A program made the translations under genes and the position numbers. Of a stretch of DNA of 64,000 nt, positions 24,801 to 38,055 are shown in pieces. The stretch comes from Paraspadella gotoi (taxonomy: Eukaryota; Animalia; Chaetognatha): the NCBI GenBank assembly GCA_051294375.1, contig CM119266.1, positions 19,417,657 to 19,481,656 on the forward strand, written 5' to 3'. Numbering within the stretch: position 1 is the stretch's first letter; each line of letters opens with the position of its first letter. Under the pieces are notes generated by a model. It did no database searches. It had not been told where the DNA came from and saw only the letters and a list, made by a program, of their open reading frames with translations.

Positions 24801-25633
24801 AACCCGGACGACGTCTGCGCCAAAAAGCCAAAGATGGCGCAAGTGGTTCGGAAGAGAGAGAATTCTGAGCCAGGATCTCGTGACTCGTCGTTCGGAGAAT
24901 CGATGTCATTTGATGTTTATGTTGTTCTTATGGCCTTTTAGGTTTTATCCACATCATTTATGATCAAGAGATTTAAATGTAGACATTTCGATTATTGAAG
25001 TATTGAATTCCTTTTGTCAACATCGAGATATTTTGTTATATATTCTTATCATCGTTTTAGTTTAGTTTATCATCTTTTAAGAATCGGTAAAGATCAAGAA
25101 AGGACAAATGTATGGAAAAAGATATCGATAAATACAAGATTTCCAAAGACGCGTTGATCCTGGAACTGAAGAAGTCATTTGTAAGCATCGTCATTGTAAG
25201 TCGTCACGTGATTGAATTAAGGAAATTAGATACTTATCCTTTCGTCAACGTTTTAGACGCATTTTAATTGTTAAAATTGAAATAGAATACAATAGAATAC
25301 AATAGAATACAATGTCGACATTTTATAAGATTTCATTACGTCTCCTCGCGGTTGAGAGTTTGATGTCATTGATTTAGATGTCATTGATGTCATTGATTTA
25401 GATGTCATTGAAGTCATTGATGTCAGTGATTTCATAACAAGGCAAAGAGCGTTATTTTGACGTCAGCGAGAGTAAAGGGAGGAATCCTCAGGAATATCCT
25501 CCTCATCGTTAAACCTTTAATCGTATTTATTCTACTGTTTATTTTCCCCACGTTATCAGTCGACTTAGCGAAAGCATTAAGGGGTTCTTCGGTTTTCCCT
25601 TTGGCGCTGTTCAGACTAAGAGATAACGCCGAA

Positions 25634-25676
<43 letters not shown>

Positions 25677-25834
25677 CATGAAAGCGATATCGGATAAGAC
25701 GAGAAGAAACGAAGAAAGAAGAGATTCGTTCCTTCAAATCACAGAATCAAAAAAAAAATGGGGGGGGGGAACTGCGTGTGAAATAAAAACTCTTTTATGG
25801 AATCTCAAGTGCTGACGAACAGCGACGCCATAAT

Positions 25835-26162
25835 GGCCTTATTTTCCCAGAACGCCCCATTTAGAATACAATACGGTTTTTAGAAAATGTTCAAAGATTA
25901 GTTTAAAGGTTAGAGTTTGAGATTAGGTTACGGAATAGGTTAAGGATTTGCGTCAGGGATTAGATTAATAATTAAGGTTAGGGATTAGGGTTAGGTATAG
26001 AGGGATAGAGGATAAGGAATAAAGGCTAGGGATATGAATAGAGGTTAGGGTTAAAGATTTGAAAGTATGGGTTAGGATTATAGATTAATATTAAGTTTCA
26101 GCATTAAGAAATAGAATTAAGGATTGAGTTTTGACAAAAATGGGGCGAATATAGAGTAGAGC
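25835..26162. mobile_element. MITE with degenerate TTAGGG-like interior
   Basis: Left end GGCCTTATTTTCCCAGAACGCCCCATTT; right end AAATGGGGCG...AGAGC. Confidence 0.7.
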
Positions 26163-27874
26163 GCCCTCCCACGGTGATATCTAACTCGCTTCCTAAAAAA
26201 AAATTCTTTTTTTCGGATGAAGGGTTCAGTCGCGCCCTCGGGTATCGGGGGCATTAGTCCACAGGTGCAAAATGCACGCGAAGATTAGTACGTCTCTAGT
26301 ATTATAATTAGGACGTGAGAAACGTGAGACGCATGCGTACGAGCGGAAAGTCTGGAGGAAGGCGGGGAGACGGAGAAGTAGGGGGAGGAGAAGGGGAGGA
26401 GGAGGGAGGGAGGGAAGGGGTTGAGCGGCATCGATAACAAACATAATAATATATAATGATAATAATATAATAATAATATTTAATGACATATAATGACATA
26501 TTGACACATTCAAATTGATTCCAACTTGGTTCTCTTCCGTCGATTACTCTCTTATTGCCACAAAAATGCCATCCGTTGCCACTTATATAAAGTTTTATTC
26601 AAAATTACCACACTAATCATCCTCGGACTCTAGTATTCGTTTATAGTTTTCATAATAGAATCTCCTCGCTTTATTCTATCTATTTTTTATCCCTTTTTTG
26701 ACATCGTGATTCCCTTTTCTACATTTCATCGATGCACTTTGACCCCTTTCTATTAACTCTCTCATTTGTTTCTTTTTCTCCATTCTCTCCAGGAAATTCC
26801 CTTCTCTAACTTCCCATCTTCAACTTTCCATCTCTAACTTCCCATCTCTAACTTCCCATCTTCAACTTCCCATCTCCTCCTCCCAGAGTCATCTATTTCC
26901 ATCACCGACTCCAGTCGTCGCTGCGAACCAAAGCAAATGAATTCTGTTTCAGCCCAAAAAAAAAGGGGTTTTTTTCGACCAAAAAAATTTTGAGTTTGAA
27001 AAAAGAAGGAAAAAAGAGAGGAAATCTGTTTGAAAGGAAGGTAAAAAAACAGTGGTTAATGTTTTACTTTAAAGTTAAGTGGATAAATCGTTAATCGTAA
27101 ATCGAAAATGTAAATTAAAGAATGTAGGGAGAAAATGTCAATAAACGAATGTTGACTTGCGACAGAATTGATGTTCTGACTCTTGAGTAAATTTGCCTTC
27201 AGTTACCTGTCCGAGATTTTTGGCTATGAGTTTCATTTAGTTAAAAATAAAATAGAAAATATATTTAGCGCTTAAACTATAAAAAAGAAGCGAAGCCTTC
27301 GGCCGTTGAAACTGATTTTAATTAAAACAAAGAAAGTTAAAACGAAATGGATTAAAATTATAAAGTAAAACCCACGTATTCATGAAAAATAAGAAAGCGA
27401 TAATTGCCCGGAAAGATTATTTCTCTGATAATTAAGTAAAAAGTATTGATAAATTTACTGCTAGAATTAAAACCATTAGGATAAAATTAAGATATTAATT
27501 TATTATATTTTAAAGGAAAAAAAAATGAGAAAAAAAGATAAATTCTACTAGATAATGGGAGAACTATGATTAAATTGACAAAAGAGGCAAGTGAGTAGAA
27601 TTTAAGCCACCAACTGACGAACCGAGTATCGTCTGGCGAAACTTGGCAACACATCGCCGACTCAAATGGGTCATAGGAAAGAGACTCAAATGCCGAGACC
27701 CGATATTCGCCGCAATGTCTTTTCGTCGGTTTCGCCTCTCACTGTCGTCATCGTCGTCGTCGTCATCGTCGTCGTCGTCATCGTCGTCGTCGTCGTCGGC
27801 GGCGTCGTCGTCTTTGACAACGCTGTTGATGATAACGAAATCAGAGGGAGTCAGACGAAGAGATCGAACGATTC

Positions 27875-27932
<58 letters not shown>

Positions 27933-28079
27933 AGGAGAAAAAGAAAATTGCAAAAATAATAGAAATACGTAGAATAATAATAATAATAATAGAAACAGGA
28001 ATTTTTTTTGGTGCAATACATCTGTTTCTGTTTCGACTGAAACGAGAAAACTGATTATGACTCGGATTCAAATCAACCT

Positions 28080-28167
<88 letters not shown>

Positions 28168-28204
28168 GATCAATCAATCCACTTATCTTTTCAACTCAAC
28201 TCAC

Positions 28205-28293
28205 CAAACTCTTCTTCCCTTCCTCCAGTCCACAGCAACAGCCTTTCTTCCGATTCCTGCGCTGCTGCCGCCGAAGTCGCCGCGATTCCCCAT
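28205..28293 (-). CDS. Putative exon of unknown gene (DGESRRLRRQQRRNRKKGCCCGLEEGKKSL)
   Basis: TTGCAG acceptor and GTGAGT donor, GC-rich, open in the phase delivered by the 29500-29682 exon. Confidence 0.6.
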
Positions 28294-28353
28294 CTGCAAG
28301 GAAAGTTTTTGTCACTTATAAGTTGTCAGTTGTCAGTTATATAGATTTACGTT

Positions 28354-28657
28354 ATGAGGCCATCTGATGTCTGCAAATACTCTGACACGTGATGAGGCCA
28401 TCTGATGTCTGCAAATACTCTGACACGTGATGAGGCCATCTGATGTCTGCAAATACTTTGACACGTGATGAGGCCATCTGATGTCAGCAAATACTCTGAC
28501 ACGTGATGAGGCCATCTGATGTCTGCAAATACTCTGACACGTGATGAGGCCATATGATGACAGCAAATAAACTGTCACGTGACGAGGCCATCTGATGTCA
28601 GAAAATCATGTGTCACGTGACCAGGCCATCTGATGTCACGTGACTAGACCATCTGAC
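28354..28657. repeat. 38-bp minisatellite, ~8 units (TGATGAGGCCATCTGATGTCTGCAAATACTCTGACACG)
   Basis: GAGGCC recurs every 38 bp from 28356; units degenerate toward the right. Confidence 0.92.
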
Positions 28658-28930
28658 GGGTGGCGGAGCAGAAGACGACGATGAAGAAAAGGGTCGACAT
28701 TGAACATCTGCTCTTTGCGACTAAAATTTCTTTTCTTTTATTTTTAGATTCTTATTTCATTTTCTCTCTTTTTTTTATTTTCTTTTTCTTTGTTTCTTTT
28801 TTTCTTTTTTTTCCCTTTTTTTTACTTTTCCTTTTTCCTTTGCGACCAGAAGCGACTTTTCCAAGCAAAGTTAAATTCGGTGATTCAGCAAATAGTACTA
28901 CGTGTCTCGTCCTTCATTTAGAGTTTATGA

Positions 28931-29133
28931 GAATGACACAGAATGAGAATGTCAAATAGAATGACAGAGAATGAGAATGTCAAATAGAATGACAGAGAAT
29001 GAGAATGTCAAAGAGAATGACAGAGAATGAGAATGTCAAATAGAATGACAGAGAATGAAAATGTCAAATAGAATGACACAGAATGAAAATGTCAAATAGA
29101 ATGACACAGAATGAGAATGTCAAAGAGAATGTC
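28931..29133. repeat. 28-bp minisatellite, ~7 units (GAATGACAGAGAATGAGAATGTCAAATA)
   Basis: Direct reading. Confidence 0.9.
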
Positions 29134-29335
29134 ACTTTTTTTATATTCTTTTTCTAAGACTTGGAATTCAACCGAGTAGACTTTCTTAATTCTTTAAATA
29201 TTTATATTTAATTTATCATTTTTCTCTACTTATTAATACTCCAAATTTAATGTTTCATCACCAGCATGTCAACCCCCCAAAAAATTAATTTTCTCTTCCT
29301 TTTTTTTAATCTTCTCTTTGGATTCTCTATCTCTC

Positions 29336-29389
<54 letters not shown>

Positions 29390-29499
29390 CCTCTCTGGAA
29401 GACTGGTGATTGGTGAACACTATTCTATGTGAAACAAATGGGCCTTGCTCTAACTTATAAATTAAATGTATATTATACATTTTATACAGTATTCAATAC

Positions 29500-29682
29500 C
29501 TTGAAATAGAGGGATTGAGAGGCCTGCACTTCCTCCTTGACCCTCGCAGTCTTCTTCTCCGGAACCGGCGCTTATTCGGGCGCCAACGAGACCCGGCGAC
29601 GTCCGACTGAAGAACGAGGGGAGGGAGAGCCGGTGCTGGCGCCAGTGGAGCGGAGGACGGCGGCGCGGTGGAGGACGAGGCA
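29500..29682 (-). CDS. Putative exon of unknown gene (VPRPPPRRRPPLHW...PLFQ)
   Basis: Long polypyrimidine tract plus CAG acceptor, donor G|GTATTG, phase 1 in and out, GC-rich island. Confidence 0.55.
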
Positions 29683-30349
29683 CTGGAGCGGGGAGGTGGA
29701 GCGGATGAAAATGGGAGAGAAAAGGGAGCGAGAGGAAGAAGGAACTAGAAAAAGAAAAAGAAGAAAAGGGAATGGGAGAATAAAGGAAAGGAAAGGAAAG
29801 GAAAGAAAAGGGAAAGAAAAGGAAAGGAAAGGAAAGGAAAGGAAAGGAAAGGAAAGGAAAGGAAAGGAAAGGAAAGGAAAGGAAAGGAAAGGAAAGGAAC
29901 GGAAAGGAAAGAAAGGAAAAGAAAAGAAAAGGGAGATTAGGTAGAAAAGAAAAGGAAAGAAAGGGAAAAGATAAAAAACGATAGAAAGGAAAGGAAAAGG
30001 AAATACAAAAAGGAAAGAAAAGGAAAGGAAAGGAACGGAAAGAAAAGGAAAGGAAAGGAAATGTAATGAAATGAAATGGAAAGAAAAGAAAAGAAAAGAA
30101 AAGAAAAGAAAAGAAAAGAAAAGAAAAGATAAAAGGAAAGGAAGGAAAAGGAAAGGAAAGAAAAGAAAACGAAAGGAAAGAAAAGGAAAGAAAGTAAAAG
30201 AACAGGAAAGGAAAGAAAAAAAGAAAAGGAAAGGAAAGAAAAGGTAAGAGATGAGAAGGGAAGTAGACTAAGAAAAGTCCGATTCGCTGTGACTCTCGTC
30301 CCTCGGGCGCCGTTCCGCCTTGCGGAAGTGAGAGAGAGAGAGAAAGAGA

Positions 30350-30455
<106 letters not shown>

Positions 30456-30967
30456 AGATTGAGAGAGAGAGAGAGTCCTCAGTCATCTCGCGCGAGTCGA
30501 ACGAGATGGCGAAGATGACTCGAAACCCGAGACCGTAGAAGGTCCTTGGAAAGTGGGACAGGATTTTGCCGACTGACCGACTTGTTGGGTGAACCTCTAT
30601 TCCTTAGTCTTGATTCATCAGCAAAATAACCAAAAATTATTCTTTTAATAGGTTTTAAATATTAGGATTTGGCTAAAGTTTTTCAATATTTCATTTATTG
30701 ATTTCATTCAATTAGCTGCTTTTTGAAAAAAAGGCTTAAAAATAGCATCGGTTGACGGAGAGCAGATGCGGAGGGGAAAAGGAGAAGAGAAGAGAAAAAA
30801 CGAAAAGAAAAGAAATGAAATGAAAAGAAAAGAAAAGAAAAGAAAAGAAAAGAAAAGAAAAGAAAAGAAAAGAAAAGAAAAGAAAAGAAAAGAAAAGAAA
30901 AGAAAAGAGAGAGCGATTTTATCGGAGAAAGAGGGAGATTAAAATAAAAATAAAAAGATTAAAAGTT

Positions 30968-31005
<38 letters not shown>

Positions 31006-31472
31006 GAGAGATAGAGATAGAGATAGACGAGAGAGAGACGAAAGAGATGAAGAGAGAGAGAGAGAGAGAGATGGTTGAGAGATTCTGGGAGGGACTGTGT
31101 GTTAGGAGATAGTTGAAAGATAGAAGAAAGACAGATGCGGACACAGTAAATAAAATGAGAGAATTGGGAGAAAGTTGGATAGGATAGAAAGACATTGAGT
31201 AGGATTAAAAAGAAATAGGAAAGATGAAAGGAGAAAAGGGAGATAAGGTAGAAAAGAAAAGGGATTAAAAAGAAAGAGGAAAGATGAAAGGAGAAAAGGG
31301 AGATTAGGTAGAAAAGAAAAGGGATTAGCGAAGAAAACAGGAATCGTAAAGTTGCTTATTAGCGGATATGATGAAGGAAGGCGACGATCGAAGGGGAAAG
31401 AAAAAGAAAGAAATGGAGGGAAAAAACAAGGCTGATTTCTGTAGGTTTTTTTTTTTTTAATGGACCCAACTC

Positions 31473-31590
31473 GGACCACGAAGTTCCTGGTTAAATCCCA
31501 ACCCAAGGGAAGCGTGAGGACGGCCGTAATTGGCCTTGGGGGCGTGGAAACCCTCTAGCCTGGTTTCAGAACCCATCGCTGCTGAGAGGG
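31473..31590 (+). mobile_element. Diverged relative of the TRIM LTR tRNA-head/core (SINE-like relic or solo LTR fragment)
   Basis: Shares GGGAAGCGTGAGGACGGCCGTAA, GCCTTGGGGGC, AAACCCTC and GCTGCTGAGAGGG with the LTR but has a different 3' continuation. Confidence 0.7.
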
Positions 31591-31671
31591 CCCACAAGAT
31601 ACGGATAGACTAAAGTCGTCTAGAGAGAGAAAATATTGAACAATGAAAATGACGACTGAAAAGAGATATAA

Positions 31672-32028
31672 AACAAGAACGGTAATTGCAATGTATTGCG
31701 CCGCAGTGACTTTATTTTCACGTGTATTTCTCTTTGATCATATATGACGTGACATGACATGATTAAAAATTTATCTTTTCCCGTGTATTTATGACATGCT
31801 CTGCATCAAAATTTCCTCTTTTATTCCTTATAGCTTTAGGAATTCCTGAAGGCGGCGCCTGCAGTTCCTTACATTTTAAATTTTTTTTGTCTTAACAAAT
31901 GAGCAATCAACTATAGGCAAATTAGTATATGCATTTTTAAAGTAACTGGAACAGACCGACGGACGGACCGACCGACCGACATACCGACCAAGAAGTGACT
32001 CCGCGAGCACTCGCGGCGCAACTAAAAA
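31672..32028 (-). mobile_element. DINE-1/HINE-like (Helentron-associated) non-autonomous element
   Basis: Homologous to 60453-60835. Subterminal inverted repeat TTGCGCCGC/GCGGCGCAA, GACC/GACG microsatellite near one end, T-rich ends. Confidence 0.7.
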
Positions 32029-32266
32029 ACAATAATCTGCAGGACTGCAAGTATGCATCACAAAACAAAAATTAGGACAGAAACAATTTGCCCCTTAAAT
32101 GAGAGAGATCAGAGAGAGAGAGAGAGAGAGGAGGAGAGAAGAGAGCAGAGAGAGAGAGAGAGAGGAGCAGAGAGAGAGAGAGAGAGAGAGACACGCAATG
32201 CTTCAATTACTGTGACTCAGTCTTGAGAGTTCGTAACTAATAATAACGACGAAAACTACAAATTAC

Positions 32267-33923
32267 CTTTCGCGTATTTCGGCGTCAGATACAAATAAGT
32301 AGCGAGAGCGTCGGAAGACCGGCGCGATCCGCCTTCCATCTTATCGGCGGCGCCTGGTTTATGTCCGCCGCTCGCGCCTTCCTTGGATCCCGAGTTGATC
32401 GTCAAGGAGGTTTCGAGTTCATGCGGTGGATCGTGAAGAGCAGAACGACCGCGTTGGCCGATCGTCCTTTTCGAGTTCACCGTCGGTTTCATCACAGATC
32501 GAAGACTTTTGTTTTGTGCGTGACTCATCAACTCGACTCTGGCCACGCCGTCGATGTCGTCTCTATCGTCGATGTCATCTCTATCGCAGATAGGCCCGAC
32601 GTCGACGATAATATCCTTTGTGGCGACGCTCCTCATTGCGTCGTAGTCGATCGATTTTCTCTTTAAATAGTCGCTCGATCTTTTGTTTTCGCTTTCATCG
32701 ACCAATTTATTCTCGCATCGATGTACGATGACGCTGGCGACGCGGTCGATGCCGCCGTCGCCGCCGCTCTCGCATGTTTCTTCATCTCCATGGAAACAGG
32801 GATTGACGACCTCATCGTGAACGCCGGCGAGAAGACAGACTCGAAGCGAAGTGACGTCGTCGTTTTCGTCGTCGTCGTCGTCGTCTTCTTCTTTACAACT
32901 GAAGCGGCGATTCTCTCTCTCTCTATCTCGGCGTCTGTTGAGTTCGACGCCGTAATCGTTCCGATATAATCCGGCCTCGTTATCTCGACTTCCCGATTGA
33001 CGACCGGCGTCGAGGCGCGCCCTCTCACGAGGCAAAGATATTCCATCGCTAGCGCCGATCTCTCCCGTCGACTCATTGGATTTTCCGGTTCCGACGAAAT
33101 GTCTAAAATCTGAATTCGAGTCTCCTTCGCGAGACGAAAACTCGGCGCCGATCGTTTCGCCAGCGGATTCGCCGAGAAGGCAAAGGTTTATGTCGGCGCC
33201 GGAATTTGGAGTCCGAAATGGAAACCGGCGCTGAAAGGCTTCGTCGTTGGAATCTCCGTCGGCGCCGCGACGGGGATCGCGAAGGTTCTCGTCGACCTCG
33301 ATCGCGACGTCGTCTTTGATGAGATCCTCGTCGCTTCGGTCGTCGTTGTCGAACAATCGATCTTCGATGAAAACTTGGGCGTTCGTCGGGTCAACTCGGT
33401 TTTTAATAACGTCATCGTTTTCGAGATCATTAGGCAATTTAACGACGGTCAAAATATTATTGTCGTTGTTGTTATCGTTTACGCGAAGATGTTTGTCCTC
33501 GTAGTAACGAAGGTCAATGTGATCATTGATAGGATTCGTTCCGTGGTCGTTTGAATCTGAGCCGTCGTTGACGAGGTCGACAACGCGTTCCACATTGTGG
33601 TCATTAGATCGATTGGTAATGTCGTCGTCGTCGTCGTCGTCGTGGCCGAACGGTAAAGATACTCGAATTTCTGACAAATCGCTTTGAGCAAAGGAAGAAT
33701 CGGAAGCAGCGGCGGCGGAGGAGGCGGCGGAAGCGGCGTATGCGGCGGAGGCGGAGGCGGAGGCGGAAGTGGAGGTGAAGGCGGAGGTGGAGGCGGCGGC
33801 GGAGGCGGCTGAGGCGGCGGCGGGCGAAGCAGAGAAAGCGGAGTCGACGCTGGCGGAACTGAATGAGGCCGTCGGGAAAATCACTGAAGGTCCACCGTCT
33901 CCGGCCAAATTCGGCGGCATCAT
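32267..33923 (-). CDS. Large exon (552 codons) encoding a low-complexity Ala/Ser/Asp-rich, probably disordered protein of unknown identity
   Basis: 1.66-kb GC-rich open frame in an AT-rich background. Polypyrimidine-CAG acceptor directly before ATG (33925-33924) and donor AAAG|GTAATT at 32266. No recognisable domain. Confidence 0.8.
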
Positions 33924-34226
33924 CTGAGATGAAAGAAAGAAACGAGTTTGATTCTATTCTAGTTTAGATAAATGAAATAAATAGATATTCGAGAGATGAA
34001 TACTAGCGGGTTATAAGCGGCTGCTTGAAAGGTGTTACTGAAACCTTGCGCATGCGCAAGAAAGGAGGGAAAAAGTTTTCGTAAAACGTTACAATGATTT
34101 ACATACCAAAATAATCTCTCTAAAATTTCATAGAAATGAACTCATTGATGGACTGCTCGTCATTTCAGAGAGAAATTAGCATAAAACAAATTTGAGATTC
34201 AACAACGATTTGTTTATTTAAGAACG

Positions 34227-34261
34227 GACATGTTTCGACTTGTTTTTCAAGTCTTCATCAA
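34227..34261 (-). ncRNA. Degenerate Penelope-type minimal hammerhead ribozyme motif
   Basis: TTGATGA-A-GACTTG-AAAAA-CAAGTC-GAAA-CATGTC, followed by AATAAA. The first core base is T instead of C. Confidence 0.55.
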
Positions 34262-34591
34262 AAATAAACTGGCAAAGAGAAAAGGGGCAGTTGTTCTTCC
34301 CGATTTAGGATCTGAGCGCGCTCTTGGTAATAGTGTTTACGGTCAATAGATCAGAGAGCAAAGAGAGAAGAATCATCATTTGAAATTACGAAAAAAGAAA
34401 AACATTTAGTCGTCGAAAATGTTTGCCTTTCGTTTCTTGAACGAGTTTATGGCGAAAGATAACCGTCGAATTTGAAAGGCTCTCATTCTCATTGATTTGC
34501 TTGGAGGTTCGATGTAAAATTCACTTTCTTACATTGTCTTATATTTTTTCATTAAACTAAGCAGAGAAGCGGTTTTTAGTTTAGAACATCA

Positions 34592-35386
34592 CATCACGCA
34601 TAAAACGGGGTAAAACCGAAAAGGAATAGTTTTAACGTTTACCGCGTTGGAATTCGCGAATAAAGTGATCTTTTCTTCATTTTATTGATTTTCCCTGAAC
34701 AAATTTTTCGTTCGCATACGGCGAATTCAAGAGGATGAAAAGAGCTTTCAATTGGTTACTGAAATTCATGGATATGTCTCACGGTATGGCCCACACGAAA
34801 TGAGAACAGTCTTCTTGAGAATGCTTAAGAAAGCATTTAACTGTTTTTACTTTTCTTTTTTAATTTATTCTGTCTTTTTATCATAAATTTTAGATTCACC
34901 GATACTATTCTGAGACTCTGTTTGATGGCTGCAACTATACCTGCAAAGTGTCTCTTGTGGCAGCATCAAACATGCGACCTCTCTCAAAAATTCGTCTCTT
35001 CAATAACTGCACACTCTCCTTTTCTTTATCTCTCTCTCTCTCCTATCTCTCTCTCTCTCTCTCTTTCTCTCTCTTCTGATTTTCACCCTACTCATCTGCT
35101 TCATCCTCCTCTTATTCTTTCTTTCTTACCCTAGGCAATGACTTGAATTTTGAATGAAAGGTTTAAAGAAAATAAACCATTCTCGATATTTTGTATAGAT
35201 TATTTAATAAAAGCCTTAGTAATTAGGAATTAATTCTTTTAACACAAAAAATTTACAGGGAAAAAATATAGAAAAAGAAATGCCTGGAAAAAAAAATCTG
35301 AAATTTAAAAAAAACGGTAAAGAAGATTTCCGAAATCTTTTTGTTTACTCGATTGCGAAAAGATTTACCCCGTTTTATGCGTGATG
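34592..35386. mobile_element. Non-autonomous DNA transposon/MITE, ~800 bp
   Basis: Perfect 23-bp inverted repeat CATCACGCATAAAACGGGGTAAA (34592-34614 and 35364-35386). TSD not evident. Confidence 0.7.
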
Positions 35387-35493
35387 GCCATATTACATGA
35401 GTTACGACGCTGTGACATTAATGGTCCTTGTGATGGCATTAAAAAATGCAACCTAAGCATCTCATAATAATGTATTATAATAAATAATATAAT

Positions 35494-35620
35494 GAAATTG
35501 GTACCACCAATATAAAAAATTATCATTCATTTAATAAATAGGCTATCTTGCCCCTGACTTTGGACAGGCTTTGGATGGTTTTAAGGCCTCCATCACTCTT
35601 ACAAAGATAATGACATAGCA
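35494..35620. repeat. Dispersed ~140-bp repeat family
   Basis: AAATTGGTAC.ACCAATATAAAAA...GCTATCTTGCCCCTGACTTTGGAC...GGCCTCCATCACTCTTACAA also occurs at ~38590-38737 (inverted), ~51653-51810 and ~51888-52037. Confidence 0.75.
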
Positions 35621-36646
35621 CACACATAAACCTTGGACGGACCAACTAACCATCGATCCGAAAATATTGTGGGGAGATGAAAACATGTGATAGTTAAATT
35701 GGATTTTGTATAGCTTGGTGAAGCTCAGCTCGTCCCATGGGTTTGGACAGCTAAGTACACGTTCACCAACCGTGAGTTCTCGATTCAATCCCCTCACGGT
35801 CACGCTGGTTAAAGTGTCATATGGTGTCGGCAGTGACTTGGGGTGAACACTGCAGGTCAAACAGCCCTAAGCGCCAGCCTCACACCACCAAGGCATAATG
35901 TTGCCATAATCTAAATTAATAATGAGAATGATACGGAAGCAGTTTCGACGCCGTTCGAATTTTCGTCATGTGTAAAAAATAAGAAGAAAGAAAATTGTAA
36001 GAGAAAATTCGATTTAACTAACATATATTGCACTTTTGTTTGCGCCGACTTTTTCTGACCAAACGAGGGCTGAAGGCTGAAGAGAAGTTAATATGATCTG
36101 TTTTTTTCGTCTCTTGTTGACTTTCCGTCAACTCTAGATTAATATCTTTGCCTTTGCTCTTCCTTCATTTTCGCCGTCCCCGTCGCCCTTGTTGTTCCAA
36201 AAGGTTTTATGGCCATTTTGTTGTTTTGTTGTTGTTGGTTGTTGTTGTTGTTTTCGTCGTCCTTGTTTGCTCCAAATCCTTTTTTTTCATGCCTCGACTT
36301 TTGTTTTTTCCCCGCAGCGTAAACAACCAAGAGCCTCGCTGTTGCTCCTTCATCCTGTCTCTCTGTCTTCCTTGCATCACTTTTCTTTTCTTTTCTTTTC
36401 TTTTTTCTTCTTTTCTTTCTTTTCTTTCTTTTCTTTTCTTTTCTTTTCTTTTCTTTCCCAAATTTTCCTCCTTCTTTTTCGCCTTCTCCCTCAAGGGAAA
36501 TATTTCGGTGAAGGTAGACAATAGGCATTAGGCGACATTATGGATAGTATGGACAGTATGGACACTGTCCATAGCACAGTATGGCAGTATGGACTGGATG
36601 CTCATGAAATTGAGGAGACAATGGCGAAATTAGGGGAGAGGAAATC

Positions 36647-36831
36647 GACCTTATTTTACCAGAAGGCCCCATTTCATTCATAATTAAATTAATTTTCAGA
36701 TTTAAAGAATAGGTTAATGAATTTAGTTCAAGAATTAGGGTTAGGAATTAAGTTAATGATAAGAGTTAAGAAATGGAAATGGAACGCTTTTTCAAAAGAA
36801 CAGAAATGGGACCATTTTGGAAAAGAGAGCC
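36647..36831. mobile_element. MITE with degenerate TTAGGG-like interior (short copy)
   Basis: Ends CCTTATTTTACCAGAAGGCCCCATTT and AAATGGGACCATTTTGGAAAAGAGAGCC. Confidence 0.65.
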
Positions 36832-36994
36832 GTTTTTTTTCTAGGTCACTTCTCTTTTTTTTCAGGTATTTTATCAACTTTTTTACTTATTTACAAAATG
36901 CAAAATCTGTATAATATACAATGTTTATACAATTTATATATTGTATCTTTCATTGTGGCAACAGATGACTCTTGTCTTTCTTTCTTCATTTGTT

Positions 36995-37050
<56 letters not shown>

Positions 37051-37368
37051 TTTCTCTTTGTTTCCTTCTGTCTTTCTTTCTTTCTTTCTTTCATTCTTTT
37101 TTCTTTCTTTCTTTCTTTCCTTCTTTCTTTCATTCTTTCTTTATTTCTTTCTTTCTTTCCTTCTCTGTTCTCGACCTTCAGGCTTCCCTCTCTCGGTCAG
37201 GAAGGAGTCGCCACTTTTTTCCCTCTTCTAATTCTTAAAGTAAAAAAAACGAAGGAAGGAGAATTAAGAACTCCTTTTTTGGGGAAGCGGGGAGGGGATG
37301 AAACGTGATGCGCACATTTTGCGTGCGACTACGTGTGCAAACGTAGGTGGTGGGCCGGTAATGCAGAG

Positions 37369-37477
<109 letters not shown>

Positions 37478-38001
37478 CACCGCCTCATTATGCTCTAGCG
37501 CCGTTTTGAGCGTCTCCGCCCAAGTTAGGCGCGTAGAGGGCGGGAGAGAGAAGGGAGGAGGAGGAGGAGGAGGAGAAGGGAGGAACCCGCTGAGATCCAG
37601 GTTCTTCCACTCTGGTTCAGGTTCTTCCAGGTTCTTCCAAGCTCTTCCAGGTTCTTCCACTCTGGTTGTTGATAAGCTAAAGGAAGTTAAAAGGAGAAAG
37701 TAAACTTGTGAAAAAAAAAGTAGTCAAAAGAGAAATTTGGAAAATTGATTGACGATATTTATTTCGTCTTTGGTAAAAAAAAAAATGACTGAAGATGACG
37801 GGACTTGAGGTCGCTTATGAAAAAAGCGCAGTTAAATAAAAACAAATAAGAAGTCATGACAAAAACAGCTTTTCACATCCTTCAAAAGTGCCAATCCGAT
37901 TCGACAATTTAGTTTGCGTGAGAAAACGAGAGAAGGAAAAGTGGTCGAGAGAGAGAGACAGAGTCACAGAAAGCGAAGAGAGCGACAGACACGCAGAGGG
38001 G

Positions 38002-38055
<54 letters not shown>

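Noticed and set aside
28354-28657. Possible CRISPR array or tandem hammerhead (TGATGAG motif)
   Set aside because: Units are contiguous with no unique spacers, the context is eukaryotic, and there is no stem II plus GAAA box.
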